Below are positions 1 through 9,307 of a DNA stretch of 64,000 bases, one piece after another (position 1 is the stretch's first letter; each line of letters opens with the position of its first letter). The notes beneath the pieces are model-generated. The model made no database searches, was not told the origin of the DNA, and was given only the letters and a program-made list of their open reading frames with translations. Made by a program: the position numbers and the translations under genes. The stretch covers positions 10,134 to 74,133 of the forward strand of contig DBPS01000047.1 of the NCBI GenBank assembly GCA_002304935.1, read 5' to 3'. The stretch comes from Candidatus Humimicrobium oleiphilum. Its GTDB lineage: Bacteria > Actinomycetota > Humimicrobiia > Humimicrobiales > Humimicrobiaceae.

Positions 1-2
1 GT

Positions 3-1352
3 TTTTATGACTGCAAGAATCTTGAATTTAACGTAGTTTTCATACCTTTTTTAAACAAAGGGTATTTTCCTACCGTAATATCAAAACCGCAAATTTATGA
101 AAATGATTATCTTGCCTTTCTTATTGAAGGGAGATTCTTTAATGATGAAGAAATAAAGCATCAGCACCTGGAAAATGAAAGGAGAATCCTGTACTCCGGA
201 ATTTCCAGATGTAAAAATTACTTATATATAACCTGCAGTGCAGGGCAGTTATACTCTTCATTTTTTGATGAATTGCTGCATATACTTTTGGAAAGAAAGG
301 AAATGAATAAAATTATTCCCGGATCTTCAAACATAAAATGTTTGCCGGAGGAATCCCCGGAAGCATGCGAAAAATCGCTTGTTAAAAAGAAAGCAATTGT
401 TTCCAGATATAAGACTGATGCAGGTAGAAATAAAAACGAAGCAAGATACAGGCTTTTATTAAATTATTTGAAAAACTACTATAGCCCGTTTCAGTGGTGG
501 AATCTTATCACTGAAGAAGAGAATGAATTAAACCCTTTTACTGAAGATAAAAGTTCTAATAATTTTTCTTTCAGTGCAATAGATACCTATGATGACTGTC
601 CTTTTAAATATAAAATGAGATACTTCCTGAAGTTAAGGACCGAAGAAGAAAATATGAGTTTGATAATAGGTTCTTTGTATCACAATATAATCAACAGATT
701 TTTTAATGAAGATAATGGATCAGATTTTGATTCATTATCAGTAATAATTGATGAAACGCTTGAAAATAATAAAGATAATTTTAAATATCATTTCTATTTT
801 AAAGAAATAAAAAATGAAATGAAAAAAAATTTTATTAATTTTTATAATAATTTTTCTTATCTCATCAAAGATGATGCCTGTTCTAGCCTGAATGACAGGA
901 TATTTACAGAAAAAGAATTTATTTTTGATATTGATGACAAAAATAGGATTAAAGGCAAGATCGACCTTATAAATCTAAGGGACGAAGGTTTTGCAGAGCT
1001 TATTGACTTTAAATCTTCTCAGAAAAAATATTCTGAAAAAGATCTTGAAGAAGAGCTGCAGCTTAAAATTTATTTTCTTGCCATGAAAAAAAGCAATAAT
1101 ATATTTAAACTTATCCCTGATATTGAAAACAGAATCATAATCCCCAGATATTATGTAATAGGAAATGAACAAGATAATTTTTTTACAGTAAACATTTCTG
1201 AAAAAACCGAAGAAATAATAACTGAAAAAATTTTAAATATCATAAGCAGCATAAAGGAAGAAAAATTCGATATAAATCCCAGAAATTATTTTAGCTGTAA
1301 AAGCTGCGAATATAAAATATTCTGTGAAAAATATTATGGAGAACCTATTTAA
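3..1352 (+). CDS. AddB-like helicase-nuclease subunit; only the C-terminal part is in the window (5' end lies upstream). It has UvrD-type helicase motif VI followed by a PD-(D/E)XK nuclease with an Fe-S 'iron staple'
   Basis: Frame 3 is open from nt 3, so the ORF-track start at 273 is an internal TTG. RRILYSGISRCKNYLYITCS matches helicase motif VI. The nuclease core is GKIDLINL...ELIDFKSS. Cysteines C-x(n)...CKSCEYKIFC give the C-x2-C-x5-C pattern typical of AddB/Cas4-type Fe-S nucleases. Confidence 0.7.
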   Translation, partial: FYDCKNLEFNVVFIPFLNKGYFPTVISKPQIYENDYLAFLIEGRFFNDEEIKHQHLENERRILYSGISRCKNYLYITCSAGQLYSSFFDELLHILLERKEMNKIIPGSSNIKCLPEESPEACEKSLVKKKAIVSRYKTDAGRNKNEARYRLLLNYLKNYYSPFQWWNLITEEENELNPFTEDKSSNNFSFSAIDTYDDCPFKYKMRYFLKLRTEEENMSLIIGSLYHNIINRFFNEDNGSDFDSLSVIIDETLENNKDNFKYHFYFKEIKNEMKKNFINFYNNFSYLIKDDACSSLNDRIFTEKEFIFDIDDKNRIKGKIDLINLRDEGFAELIDFKSSQKKYSEKDLEEELQLKIYFLAMKKSNNIFKLIPDIENRIIIPRYYVIGNEQDNFFTVNISEKTEEIITEKILNIISSIKEEKFDINPRNYFSCKSCEYKIFCEKYYGEPI

Positions 1353-4300
1353 ACCTTCGTCTGAGCAGAAAAAAGTGATTTTTGACGAAGAAAAGATAAA
1401 AAAAGTAATTGCCTGTGCAGGGTCCGGGAAAACAACCGTTCTGACTGCAAGTATTATAAACATATTGAAAGAAAAAAAATGCCTTCCATCCGAGATACTG
1501 GCACTTACTTTTACAAAAAATGCGGCCCTGAATATGAAGATCAGGATTTCAAAAGAGATACCCTGCGCAATTGATTCTGAAATGATAGATATTTATACAT
1601 TTAATTCATTCGGTAATCAGATTATAAGAGAAAACAGCTTTCAGTTCGGGCTATCAAAAAATTTTAATCTGTTGAATGAAGCAAAATCATGGCAGATAGT
1701 TTTTGAAATTTTTAAAAATTCTGATTTTAAATACTTGAAAGCAGGCAAAAACATTGCCCTCTTTACAAAAAAAATACTGGACTATATATGGGATATTAAA
1801 AATAATCTCATCGATTCTGACATTATAAGAAATTATCTGGATAAATATGAATCTATTCTTTCAGAATATAAAAGCAGGGGACTTCAAAAAGAAGAAGTAA
1901 ATAAAATAAATTATCTGCGTGAGATATTCAGCATATATATTGAATATGAAAAATTAAAATCATTAAAAAACTGCATTGATTATGCTGATCAGATTTTTAT
2001 GCCGTACAGATTGTTTGATGGCTCTGTTTCTGTCCGGGAAAAATATCAGCAAAAATATAAGTTTATTTTCGTTGACGAATTTCAGGATACAAATAATTCA
2101 CAGGCATATCTTCTCGCAAAAATATTTAACCCTAAAAGAAACAGCATGATGATAGTAGGGGATGATGATCAGGGGATTTATGGATTTAGGGGAGCCTCTG
2201 TTGAAAACATAATAGACATGCAGTATTTTGAATCAGAACTTGTTTCAGACACCAAACCTTATCTCTTAACCATAAATTTCAGATCAGGTGAAAAAATAAT
2301 CAATTTTGCAAATAATATAATCAGCAATAATGCAGGCAGAAACATAAAAACCATAAAACCTGAGTTTTCAGGAAAAACATCAGAAGTGTTTTTCTTTAAA
2401 ACTATAGACATGAAAGAAGAAGCTCTTATTATTTGTGAAATGATTAAAAAATTAAGAGAAAAAGGCATAATGCTAAAAGATATGGCAATATTATGCAGAA
2501 AGAAAAAGTTCAATGAAATAATAAAAATCTTAAACAAAGAGAATATCAGATATGAGTTTATAGGAAATAAAAATCTTTTTTATGAAAATGAGATCCTTTT
2601 TTTATTAAGCTGGCTTAAACTTGTTTATAATATATATGATGAAGAGAGTCTTATTTATTTATTTAAATCATCCAGATATAAAATTCCTGACAGAGACATT
2701 TATTTTTTAAAAAATCATATCGGTATCTCTAATGAAAATCCAGGTGATTGTAAAAAAGAAATAATTGTTTCTTCAAGGTATCTGATAAAGTCCCTGAAAA
2801 CAGCAAATGAAAATAAATTCATAACAAAGGAAACGGGTAACAAGATAAAATCCTTTCTTTCAGAGCTCGGAACCTATATAAAGAAGTCTGAACAGTATGA
2901 TCTCAGCGGTATTATTAATTTTATTTTTCATTCTTCAGGGCTGTATGATGAAATAAGATCCGGGTTTGGGCAGAATTTAAGGAAAAAAATAAAAAATGTT
3001 GAATCTCTTATCAGAATAGCTTCAGATTTTGAACAGGATAATTCTGATGCAAATTTTGAAAGTTTTGTAATCTATCTTCAGCAGCTGGCAAAGACTGAGG
3101 TAGAGGATCCAGACAGTATTGAGATTTCAGGAGATAATGCCGTAAAAATAATGAGCATACATGCAGCCAAAGGCCTGGAATTCAAAATAGTCTTTCTTCC
3201 AATGCTATGGGATAAAGACTACAAGCCCAAATTAAATTCAAAAGCTGAATTTGAACTTCCTTCCTGTCTCAGGACAGATAGCAGGATCTGGTCAGAAAAA
3301 GCATCTTATTCAAGCATGACAAAGTTTAAGGATAGACTAAAAGACAGAATCAGGGAAGAAGAACGAAGAATCTTTTATGTCGCTGTCACAAGAGCAGAAA
3401 AGCTTCTTGTTCTGTCCCAGCCCTTATTTGAGGATTATCAGGGAAATAATGATGAAAAACCTGCCGAACTTCTCAAGTTTATTGAGGAAGGTATCAATAA
3501 TACATGCGGGTCCGATGATAAAAATCAAAATACAGCAATCATCAAAATCAGGGATAATGTCGAAATTTTAAACAAAGATAGTTTTATTGAAAGCAGAAAT
3601 ACATTGAACGAGTTTGAAGAAATTATAGGAAATTTGCAGCCTGAGGGTAAAAAATCAAAAAAAATCAATACGCAGAATAAGGATGCAAAAAACAAAAGAA
3701 TCCTTCTGCCGGATTTTGGAAATAAAAAGAACATAGCCAGACTTGAAAATGAATTATTTGAAGATATCTGTAGAACAGAAGAGAAAGATATAAGAGCAGT
3801 TTCTAAAAAAGGTACCTATAAACAAAAAATAATAGGTAGCAATAAAAGATTTTTTACATTAACAGAAATACTTTCATATATCATTTGCCCGAAAATGTAT
3901 GAATTAAGATATTTAATTAATATCCCCGAAAATACTGATAAAGGAAATACTGGGTTTGGAACAAAAATACATAAACTTATTGCTGATATAAGCATGCACT
4001 TATTCAAAGCATATAATGACAATAAAAACGGATGCAAAGATCATTCAGAATATAATATCCTGTTCAAAAAATACTATCTTGAGATTCAGCTGATAAAAAA
4101 TGAAAAATTAAAAAAATGTCTTACAAGCTTTATTGACAGCAATATTCTGGATTTCGAACAAGTATACGAAATCTTTCTTGAAGAACTTTTTTACTGGAAA
4201 ATAGATGATTTTTTTATAAGATGCCAGATAGACAGGGCAGATATACTGAAAAATGGTTTATTAAATATTTATGATTATAAATCCGGCTCTAAAAATAACA

Positions 4301-4566
4301 ATATTAATGATTTGTACTATAAAAATCAGATCAAGTTCTATCTTCTTGCTGCATCAGATTATTTCAAAATCCCTGCCGAGAGAGCTGCAGGTCATATTTT
4401 ATATCTTGGAAGTGGCGAGACTGATAAAAACTTGCTGGATCTGCCAGCATGCGATTACGAAAAAGAAAAGATCAGGCAGGCTGTTTCCGGCATAGTTTCA
4501 TATGATTTTAAAAGCAAATCAGTAAATGAATGCAGCAGATGCACCTATTCTTCAATATGCAATTAA
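1324..4566 (+). CDS. UvrD/PcrA-like superfamily-1 helicase fused to a C-terminal AddB/Cas4-type Fe-S PD-(D/E)XK nuclease (AddA/AddB-like partner subunit)
   Basis: Helicase motifs are present: Walker A AGSGKTT, motif II VDEFQDTN, motif III VGDDDQGIYGFRGA, motif V SIHAAKGLEFKIVFLP and motif VI RRIFYVAVTRAEKLLVL. The C-terminus has Cys...DRADILKNGLLNIYDYKSG...CSRCTYSSIC. It overlaps the upstream gene by 17-29 nt (GTG at 1324 or ATG at 1336). Confidence 0.8.
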   Translation: MKNIMENLFKPSSEQKKVIFDEEKIKKVIACAGSGKTTVLTASIINILKEKKCLPSEILALTFTKNAALNMKIRISKEIPCAIDSEMIDIYTFNSFGNQIIRENSFQFGLSKNFNLLNEAKSWQIVFEIFKNSDFKYLKAGKNIALFTKKILDYIWDIKNNLIDSDIIRNYLDKYESILSEYKSRGLQKEEVNKINYLREIFSIYIEYEKLKSLKNCIDYADQIFMPYRLFDGSVSVREKYQQKYKFIFVDEFQDTNNSQAYLLAKIFNPKRNSMMIVGDDDQGIYGFRGASVENIIDMQYFESELVSDTKPYLLTINFRSGEKIINFANNIISNNAGRNIKTIKPEFSGKTSEVFFFKTIDMKEEALIICEMIKKLREKGIMLKDMAILCRKKKFNEIIKILNKENIRYEFIGNKNLFYENEILFLLSWLKLVYNIYDEESLIYLFKSSRYKIPDRDIYFLKNHIGISNENPGDCKKEIIVSSRYLIKSLKTANENKFITKETGNKIKSFLSELGTYIKKSEQYDLSGIINFIFHSSGLYDEIRSGFGQNLRKKIKNVESLIRIASDFEQDNSDANFESFVIYLQQLAKTEVEDPDSIEISGDNAVKIMSIHAAKGLEFKIVFLPMLWDKDYKPKLNSKAEFELPSCLRTDSRIWSEKASYSSMTKFKDRLKDRIREEERRIFYVAVTRAEKLLVLSQPLFEDYQGNNDEKPAELLKFIEEGINNTCGSDDKNQNTAIIKIRDNVEILNKDSFIESRNTLNEFEEIIGNLQPEGKKSKKINTQNKDAKNKRILLPDFGNKKNIARLENELFEDICRTEEKDIRAVSKKGTYKQKIIGSNKRFFTLTEILSYIICPKMYELRYLINIPENTDKGNTGFGTKIHKLIADISMHLFKAYNDNKNGCKDHSEYNILFKKYYLEIQLIKNEKLKKCLTSFIDSNILDFEQVYEIFLEELFYWKIDDFFIRCQIDRADILKNGLLNIYDYKSGSKNNNINDLYYKNQIKFYLLAASDYFKIPAERAAGHILYLGSGETDKNLLDLPACDYEKEKIRQAVSGIVSYDFKSKSVNECSRCTYSSICN

Positions 4567-4623
4567 TGAAAAATGTCTTCAGTAAATATACCTATTATAC
4601 AATATACAATTAATAAATTTACT

Positions 4624-5556
4624 TTAAATTACTTTGGTGCACCATTTTGAGTATTTTTTGATATTGTTCCTAACTGCAAGAAAATAAATATCCTGAATTT
4701 TTTTTGTTATTTTGCCGATCTCATTACTGCTTATGATTCTTCCGTCAACATTTCCGATCGGGGCTATCTGTGCACCTGTTCCACAGAAAAACAATTCATC
4801 AGCAGTATAAAGTTCAGTTCTGCTAATCTGTCTTTCAATTACAGGTAAATCCAGTTCTTCTTTTGAAAGTTCAATAACCGTATTTCTTGTTATCCCCTCA
4901 AGTATGTCATTGCTTACAGGGGGAGTAAAAAGTGTCTCGTTTTTTACCATGAATAAATTCATTGCACTTCCCTCAGAAATAAAACTTGTTCCAAATGACA
5001 GGGTGATAGCTTCGTCGTAACCGTTTATCAGTGCTTCCGTTTTCTGGAGAGCAGCATTAACATAGCTGCCAGATATTTTTGCCCTGGGCGGTATACAGTT
5101 GTCCGGCACTCTTGACCAGGAAGATACGCATACTTTTAAAGCTCTTGACAGATCAAGATATTCTCCAAGAGGGATTGTATAAATAAAAAGATCCTGGGAA
5201 TCCTTGTTGAGTTTCGGACCAATATTAAGGTCGCCATTATAGGCAAAAGGCCTTATGTATGAATCTTCGCTGTAATTTTCTTTTTTTAAAAGATCTATAG
5301 TGTAATCACATAAGTCTTTAATGGAATAATTAATTTTCAGCATCATTATTTTGGCACTTTCAAAAAGCCTTCTATAGTGGTCTTCCAGCCTGAAAATATA
5401 GTTTGCTTTTTCGATATCATTCCAATAACTTCTTATCCCTTCAAAAACTGCTGTTCCGTATTGAAGCGCACTAGTCCTTATATCGATTTTTGCTTCTTCC
5501 ATTGGCACTATTCTGCCCTGAAAGAAAGCATAATTGGGATGGTTTAAATTTTCCAT
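4624..5556 (-). CDS. ilvE: Branched-chain amino acid aminotransferase (class IV PLP)
   Basis: 310 aa and co-linear with E. coli IlvE (YGTAVFEGIR, IRPF, SSW.R, EGSAMNLF, LFTPP, GITR). Confidence 0.9.
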   Translation of the reverse strand: MENLNHPNYAFFQGRIVPMEEAKIDIRTSALQYGTAVFEGIRSYWNDIEKANYIFRLEDHYRRLFESAKIMMLKINYSIKDLCDYTIDLLKKENYSEDSYIRPFAYNGDLNIGPKLNKDSQDLFIYTIPLGEYLDLSRALKVCVSSWSRVPDNCIPPRAKISGSYVNAALQKTEALINGYDEAITLSFGTSFISEGSAMNLFMVKNETLFTPPVSNDILEGITRNTVIELSKEELDLPVIERQISRTELYTADELFFCGTGAQIAPIGNVDGRIISSNEIGKITKKIQDIYFLAVRNNIKKYSKWCTKVI

Positions 5557-5690
5557 AGCGTTTCGTCCTTACTTATAAATTTAGTTTAAAAATAAAATTT
5601 TTTAAAAATTAATCTATTAAATTTTACTCTTTTAAGATTATATTTCAATTAAAAGAATAAAAGAAAAATATGAAGACAAGTGTGGCAAAT

Positions 5691-5894
5691 AAAAAAACTC
5701 CGAGTTATCTTTTACCATGGTTCACACTTTAGGTTACTCAACATCTCGGAGCTTCTCTTAGAACTTTCCTCAGGGACTTTTCCAAAATCAGCTTACTCTT
5801 TTATTACTTTCGTCCTAAAATTTATTCTGTTTTGAGAGGTTGCCTCCTGTTCTAAGACAATCATTAATATAGCAATTAAAAAAATCATTGTCAA
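5691..5894 (-). promoter_or_regulatory. ilvE 5' leader on the minus strand: near-consensus sigmaA promoter, an approximately 100-nt stem domain, then an intrinsic terminator about 135 nt upstream of the ilvE ATG. Candidate T-box or attenuator
   Basis: On the minus strand: TTGACA-17nt-TATATT (plus coords 5866-5894). Stem closure tcttagaa/ttctaaga (5850-5857 with 5756-5763). Terminator ctccgag...ctcggag+UUUUUUU (5691-5752). Its loop contains a T-box-like AGUGUGAACCAUGG sequence. Confidence 0.45.
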
Positions 5895-6033
5895 TATTAA
5901 TTCAAATAAAAAATTAAAAAATTAAAAAAATTAATTGTATTTTACATCAGCATTATGCAATAAATATAAAATGAAACAGTAGGTGTATAATAATTACTTT
6001 TAATAAGAATAAAAAATATTATGAAGATTGAAT

Positions 6034-6696
6034 ATGAGAATTCCACTTGAATTAATTCAGATTTTTTTCAGCGCAATGATAGTTGGTTTTTCGGGTGCAC
6101 TTGTCCCTGGCCCGATGTTTACGCTTGTTGTAACCAGAGTAGCTCAAAAAGGTTTCCGCGCATCTTTGTTAATTGTCCTGGGACATGCAGTTGCTGAACT
6201 TGCAATACTTGTAATTTTTCTATTCGGACTAATTAACTATCTTAAAAATGAGATAGTGATTAAAATAATAGGTATTCTTGGCGGAGCAGGTCTTCTATAT
6301 CTTGCTTATGATATGATATCTTCAAGTATAAAAAATAAAATTAAAATAGACTTTGATGCAAGTCCCAGAGAAAAAATCAGTAATGGCAAAAACAATGCTT
6401 TTATTCTTGCTCAGGGATTTTTAATAAATCTTGTAAATCCTTACTGGTATATCTGGTGGGTGACTGTAGGTGCAGCTTTTCTGATTAAAAGTTCTTCGTT
6501 CGGATATATGGGGACTTTCATTTTTTATACAGGGCATATCAGTTCTGATTTTATCTGGTATTTATTTATAGGATTTATTTTAAGCAGAGGGAAAAGAATA
6601 ATCAACCAGAAGGCATACAGGATATTGTTTTTAATCTGCGGGTTATTTCTTGTTTATCTTGGTATAAAATTTATAATTGACTTTACCATGAGATAA
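6034..6696 (+). CDS. LysE/RhtB-family amino acid exporter (LeuE/RhtB-like)
   Basis: 221 aa with about 6 TM helices. The N-terminal FSGALVPGPMFTLVV motif is typical of the RhtB/LysE family. It is divergent from ilvE. Confidence 0.7.
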   Translation: MRIPLELIQIFFSAMIVGFSGALVPGPMFTLVVTRVAQKGFRASLLIVLGHAVAELAILVIFLFGLINYLKNEIVIKIIGILGGAGLLYLAYDMISSSIKNKIKIDFDASPREKISNGKNNAFILAQGFLINLVNPYWYIWWVTVGAAFLIKSSSFGYMGTFIFYTGHISSDFIWYLFIGFILSRGKRIINQKAYRILFLICGLFLVYLGIKFIIDFTMR

Positions 6697-6756
6697 TTAT
6701 GGATGAAATAAGGCTATACTGATAATATTAAAAATAGTTAAACAGAGCAGTATATA

Positions 6757-8433
6757 ATGAATTTTAATGTCATAGGATTAAAGAATAATATTTTTTATTA
6801 TAGCAATCTTTACAGGGACTATGTATTTGAATTTGATAAATTAAGTAATTTTTTTTCATACGATTACAGATCGCTTGATCAATATAAAACAAGAATTGAT
6901 TTTTTAAAGAAAACTTATGATAAAGACATTATAGATAATCTCTGTGATGAGCTATATGAGTATAATCACTTGCTTGGATGCGGAAAAAAAACTCTTGAAA
7001 ATATAAATATTCTAAAAAATGAAGACTCCTTTACTCTTGTAGCAGGACAGCAGCCCGGAATTTTTTCAGGTCCTCTGTATACCATATATAAAGCTATAAG
7101 CCTGGTATCTCTTTCCGCTTTACTTTCCGAGAAGCTGAATGTAAAAATCACACCTGTATTCTGGAATGCATCTGAAGATAACGACATAGATGAAGTAAAG
7201 AGTATAAACATACCTTCAGGTACTCTTGAAAAAATATCAATCGATATACCTGAATATCTAAGCAGATTAAGTTTTTCAAAGGTAATCCTTCCCGTAGATG
7301 AATATGAAAATTTAGTAAGAAAATTGCTTGATAGCCTGCAGGCTACAGAATATAAAAAAGAAATAGAGAAATTTTTAAACAGAATACTTGATATCATGAT
7401 GAATGCAGGGAAAAATGACGGTTTTTCAGTTTCCAGGTTTTTTTCAGCAATTTTGTGCCAGTTATTTTCAGATTATGGTCTTGTCATAATAGATCCCGAG
7501 CTCTCGGTTTTGAAAAAATTTTCCCGGAAAATAATAGAATTTGATATTTCAAAACAGTCGGAGATACATGGTTCAATAGACTTTAATTCCAGGGAACTGG
7601 CAGCTCTAGGGTATCATAATCAGCTAAACCTGCTAAGAGATCATCTGGACTTTTTTTTAAATACGAAAAATGGAAGGGAAAAAATAAGAATAAATGAAAA
7701 AGGTAATTACTGCATTCAGGGATATGATAGCAAAAAGAATGAATTTTCTTTAAATGAGCTAAAAGATGTCTTGTTGAAAAATATAAGCGACACTGCATTA
7801 AATGTAATTACCAGGCCGGTTCTGCAGGACTGGGTCCTTCCCAATATTGCAACAGTCTGCGGACCGGGAGAAATAAGTTATTTTGCCCAGATCAAAGATA
7901 TCTATACTTTTTTCGGGATAGAAATGCCTGTCATAATCCCCAGGCTTTCAGCTACCTTAATTGAGAAAAAAATAAAAGAATCTATGCAAAAAATAAAGCT
8001 GGATTATGAAAGTCTGGAACTTTTTCCTGACAGACAGGCCAGAACAATGCTTAAAAATATGATCGGATTCGATATTAATTCATTTCTGCTCGGACTTGAA
8101 AATGAAGTAAGCGGGTTAATTGGTGATAAAAAGAAAATACTGAAGAAACATGATATTGATGGAGAAAACTCTTTTAACAGAATTGAAAATAATTTAAAGA
8201 AAGAAATAGAAATATTGGGGAAAAGAATAATATCAGGATATGGCAGAAAGAATACTTACGTTGCTGATTCAATAAATAAAATTTATAATAATCTGCTGCC
8301 TGAAAAAAATCTTCAGGAAAGAAGTGTCAATATTTTTGATTATATAAACAGGTATGGGTTTCAAATCATAAATGGCATAAAAGAAAATATAAATCCATTT
8401 GATTTCAATCATAAATTTATAGAAATAATGTGA
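6757..8433 (+). CDS. bshC: Bacillithiol biosynthesis cysteine-adding enzyme BshC
   Basis: AGQQPGIFSGPLYTIYKAISL...PVFWNASEDNDIDEV and ITRPVLQDWVLP...CGPGEISYF...PRLSATLIEK match conserved BshC (YllA) blocks. It is adjacent to bshB and bshA. Confidence 0.8.
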   Translation: MNFNVIGLKNNIFYYSNLYRDYVFEFDKLSNFFSYDYRSLDQYKTRIDFLKKTYDKDIIDNLCDELYEYNHLLGCGKKTLENINILKNEDSFTLVAGQQPGIFSGPLYTIYKAISLVSLSALLSEKLNVKITPVFWNASEDNDIDEVKSINIPSGTLEKISIDIPEYLSRLSFSKVILPVDEYENLVRKLLDSLQATEYKKEIEKFLNRILDIMMNAGKNDGFSVSRFFSAILCQLFSDYGLVIIDPELSVLKKFSRKIIEFDISKQSEIHGSIDFNSRELAALGYHNQLNLLRDHLDFFLNTKNGREKIRINEKGNYCIQGYDSKKNEFSLNELKDVLLKNISDTALNVITRPVLQDWVLPNIATVCGPGEISYFAQIKDIYTFFGIEMPVIIPRLSATLIEKKIKESMQKIKLDYESLELFPDRQARTMLKNMIGFDINSFLLGLENEVSGLIGDKKKILKKHDIDGENSFNRIENNLKKEIEILGKRIISGYGRKNTYVADSINKIYNNLLPEKNLQERSVNIFDYINRYGFQIINGIKENINPFDFNHKFIEIM

Positions 8434-8451
8434 ATAGAGGCGAAAAGAATA

Positions 8452-9192
8452 ATGGATAGGGATAATAGGAATAAAGATACTATAGACATAATAGCTTTTG
8501 CACCCCATCCGGATGATGCTGAGATGGGATGCGGCGGTCTTTTAATAGCAATGAAAAAGAAAGGCTACAGAACGGGCATAGTAGATCTTACAAGAGGAGA
8601 ACTTTCCAGCAATGGAAACCTTGAAACAAGAAGAAAAGAAACCTTGAAAGCTACAGAGATTTTAATGCTTGATTTAAGAGAAAACCTTGACATGCCTGAT
8701 GGAAATATAGAGTGTAATATGAAGAATAAATTAAAAGTAATCTCTGTTTTAAGAAAGTATACTCCTGGAACCGTTCTGTTCCCTTATTATCAGGACAGAC
8801 ATCCTGATCATGAAAATTCATCAAAACTTATAAGGGAAGCAGTTTTTCTATCAGGCCTTTCAAAATTAGAAACAGGCATACAGGCTCACAGGCCGGATAT
8901 TGTGTTAAATTATATGCTTCATCATGAATTCGACCCTTCTTTTATTGTAGATATTTCAGAATATTTTGAAGAAAAAGTGGAAGCAATAAAATCATATGAT
9001 TCACAATTCTTTTCAGGGGAAAACAATCACATAATAACACATATAAGTACAAAAGCCTTTAAAGAGATTTTATATACAAGGGCCAAATATTTCGGACTTA
9101 AAATAAGAGCGGAATACGGAGAGCCATATTATATTAATTCAAAAATAAAAGTAAATGATCCTGTCAGTTTTTTTGATTATATCGTTTATTAG
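8452..9192 (+). CDS. bshB: Bacillithiol biosynthesis deacetylase BshB (PIG-L/LmbE family)
   Basis: AFAPHPDDAEMGCGG and HPDH motifs of the LmbE-like metal-dependent deacetylases. It sits between bshC and bshA. Confidence 0.8.
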   Translation: MDRDNRNKDTIDIIAFAPHPDDAEMGCGGLLIAMKKKGYRTGIVDLTRGELSSNGNLETRRKETLKATEILMLDLRENLDMPDGNIECNMKNKLKVISVLRKYTPGTVLFPYYQDRHPDHENSSKLIREAVFLSGLSKLETGIQAHRPDIVLNYMLHHEFDPSFIVDISEYFEEKVEAIKSYDSQFFSGENNHIITHISTKAFKEILYTRAKYFGLKIRAEYGEPYYINSKIKVNDPVSFFDYIVY

Positions 9193-9307
9193 TGACATTA
9201 AGAATTTTTAACGACAGATATGGCCTGGAAATCAGATTATCAGAGTAAAAAAAAGCGCAGACTTGATTCTTAAAAAATACAATTAAATAAATATTAATAA
9301 TCAGGAA

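Noticed and set aside
5690-5760. Exact T-box consensus (AAUUAGGGUGGUACCGCGG) in the ilvE leader
   Set aside because: Only a degenerate match (AGUGUGAACCAUGG) is present. The element is therefore reported as a candidate attenuator or T-box rather than called confidently.
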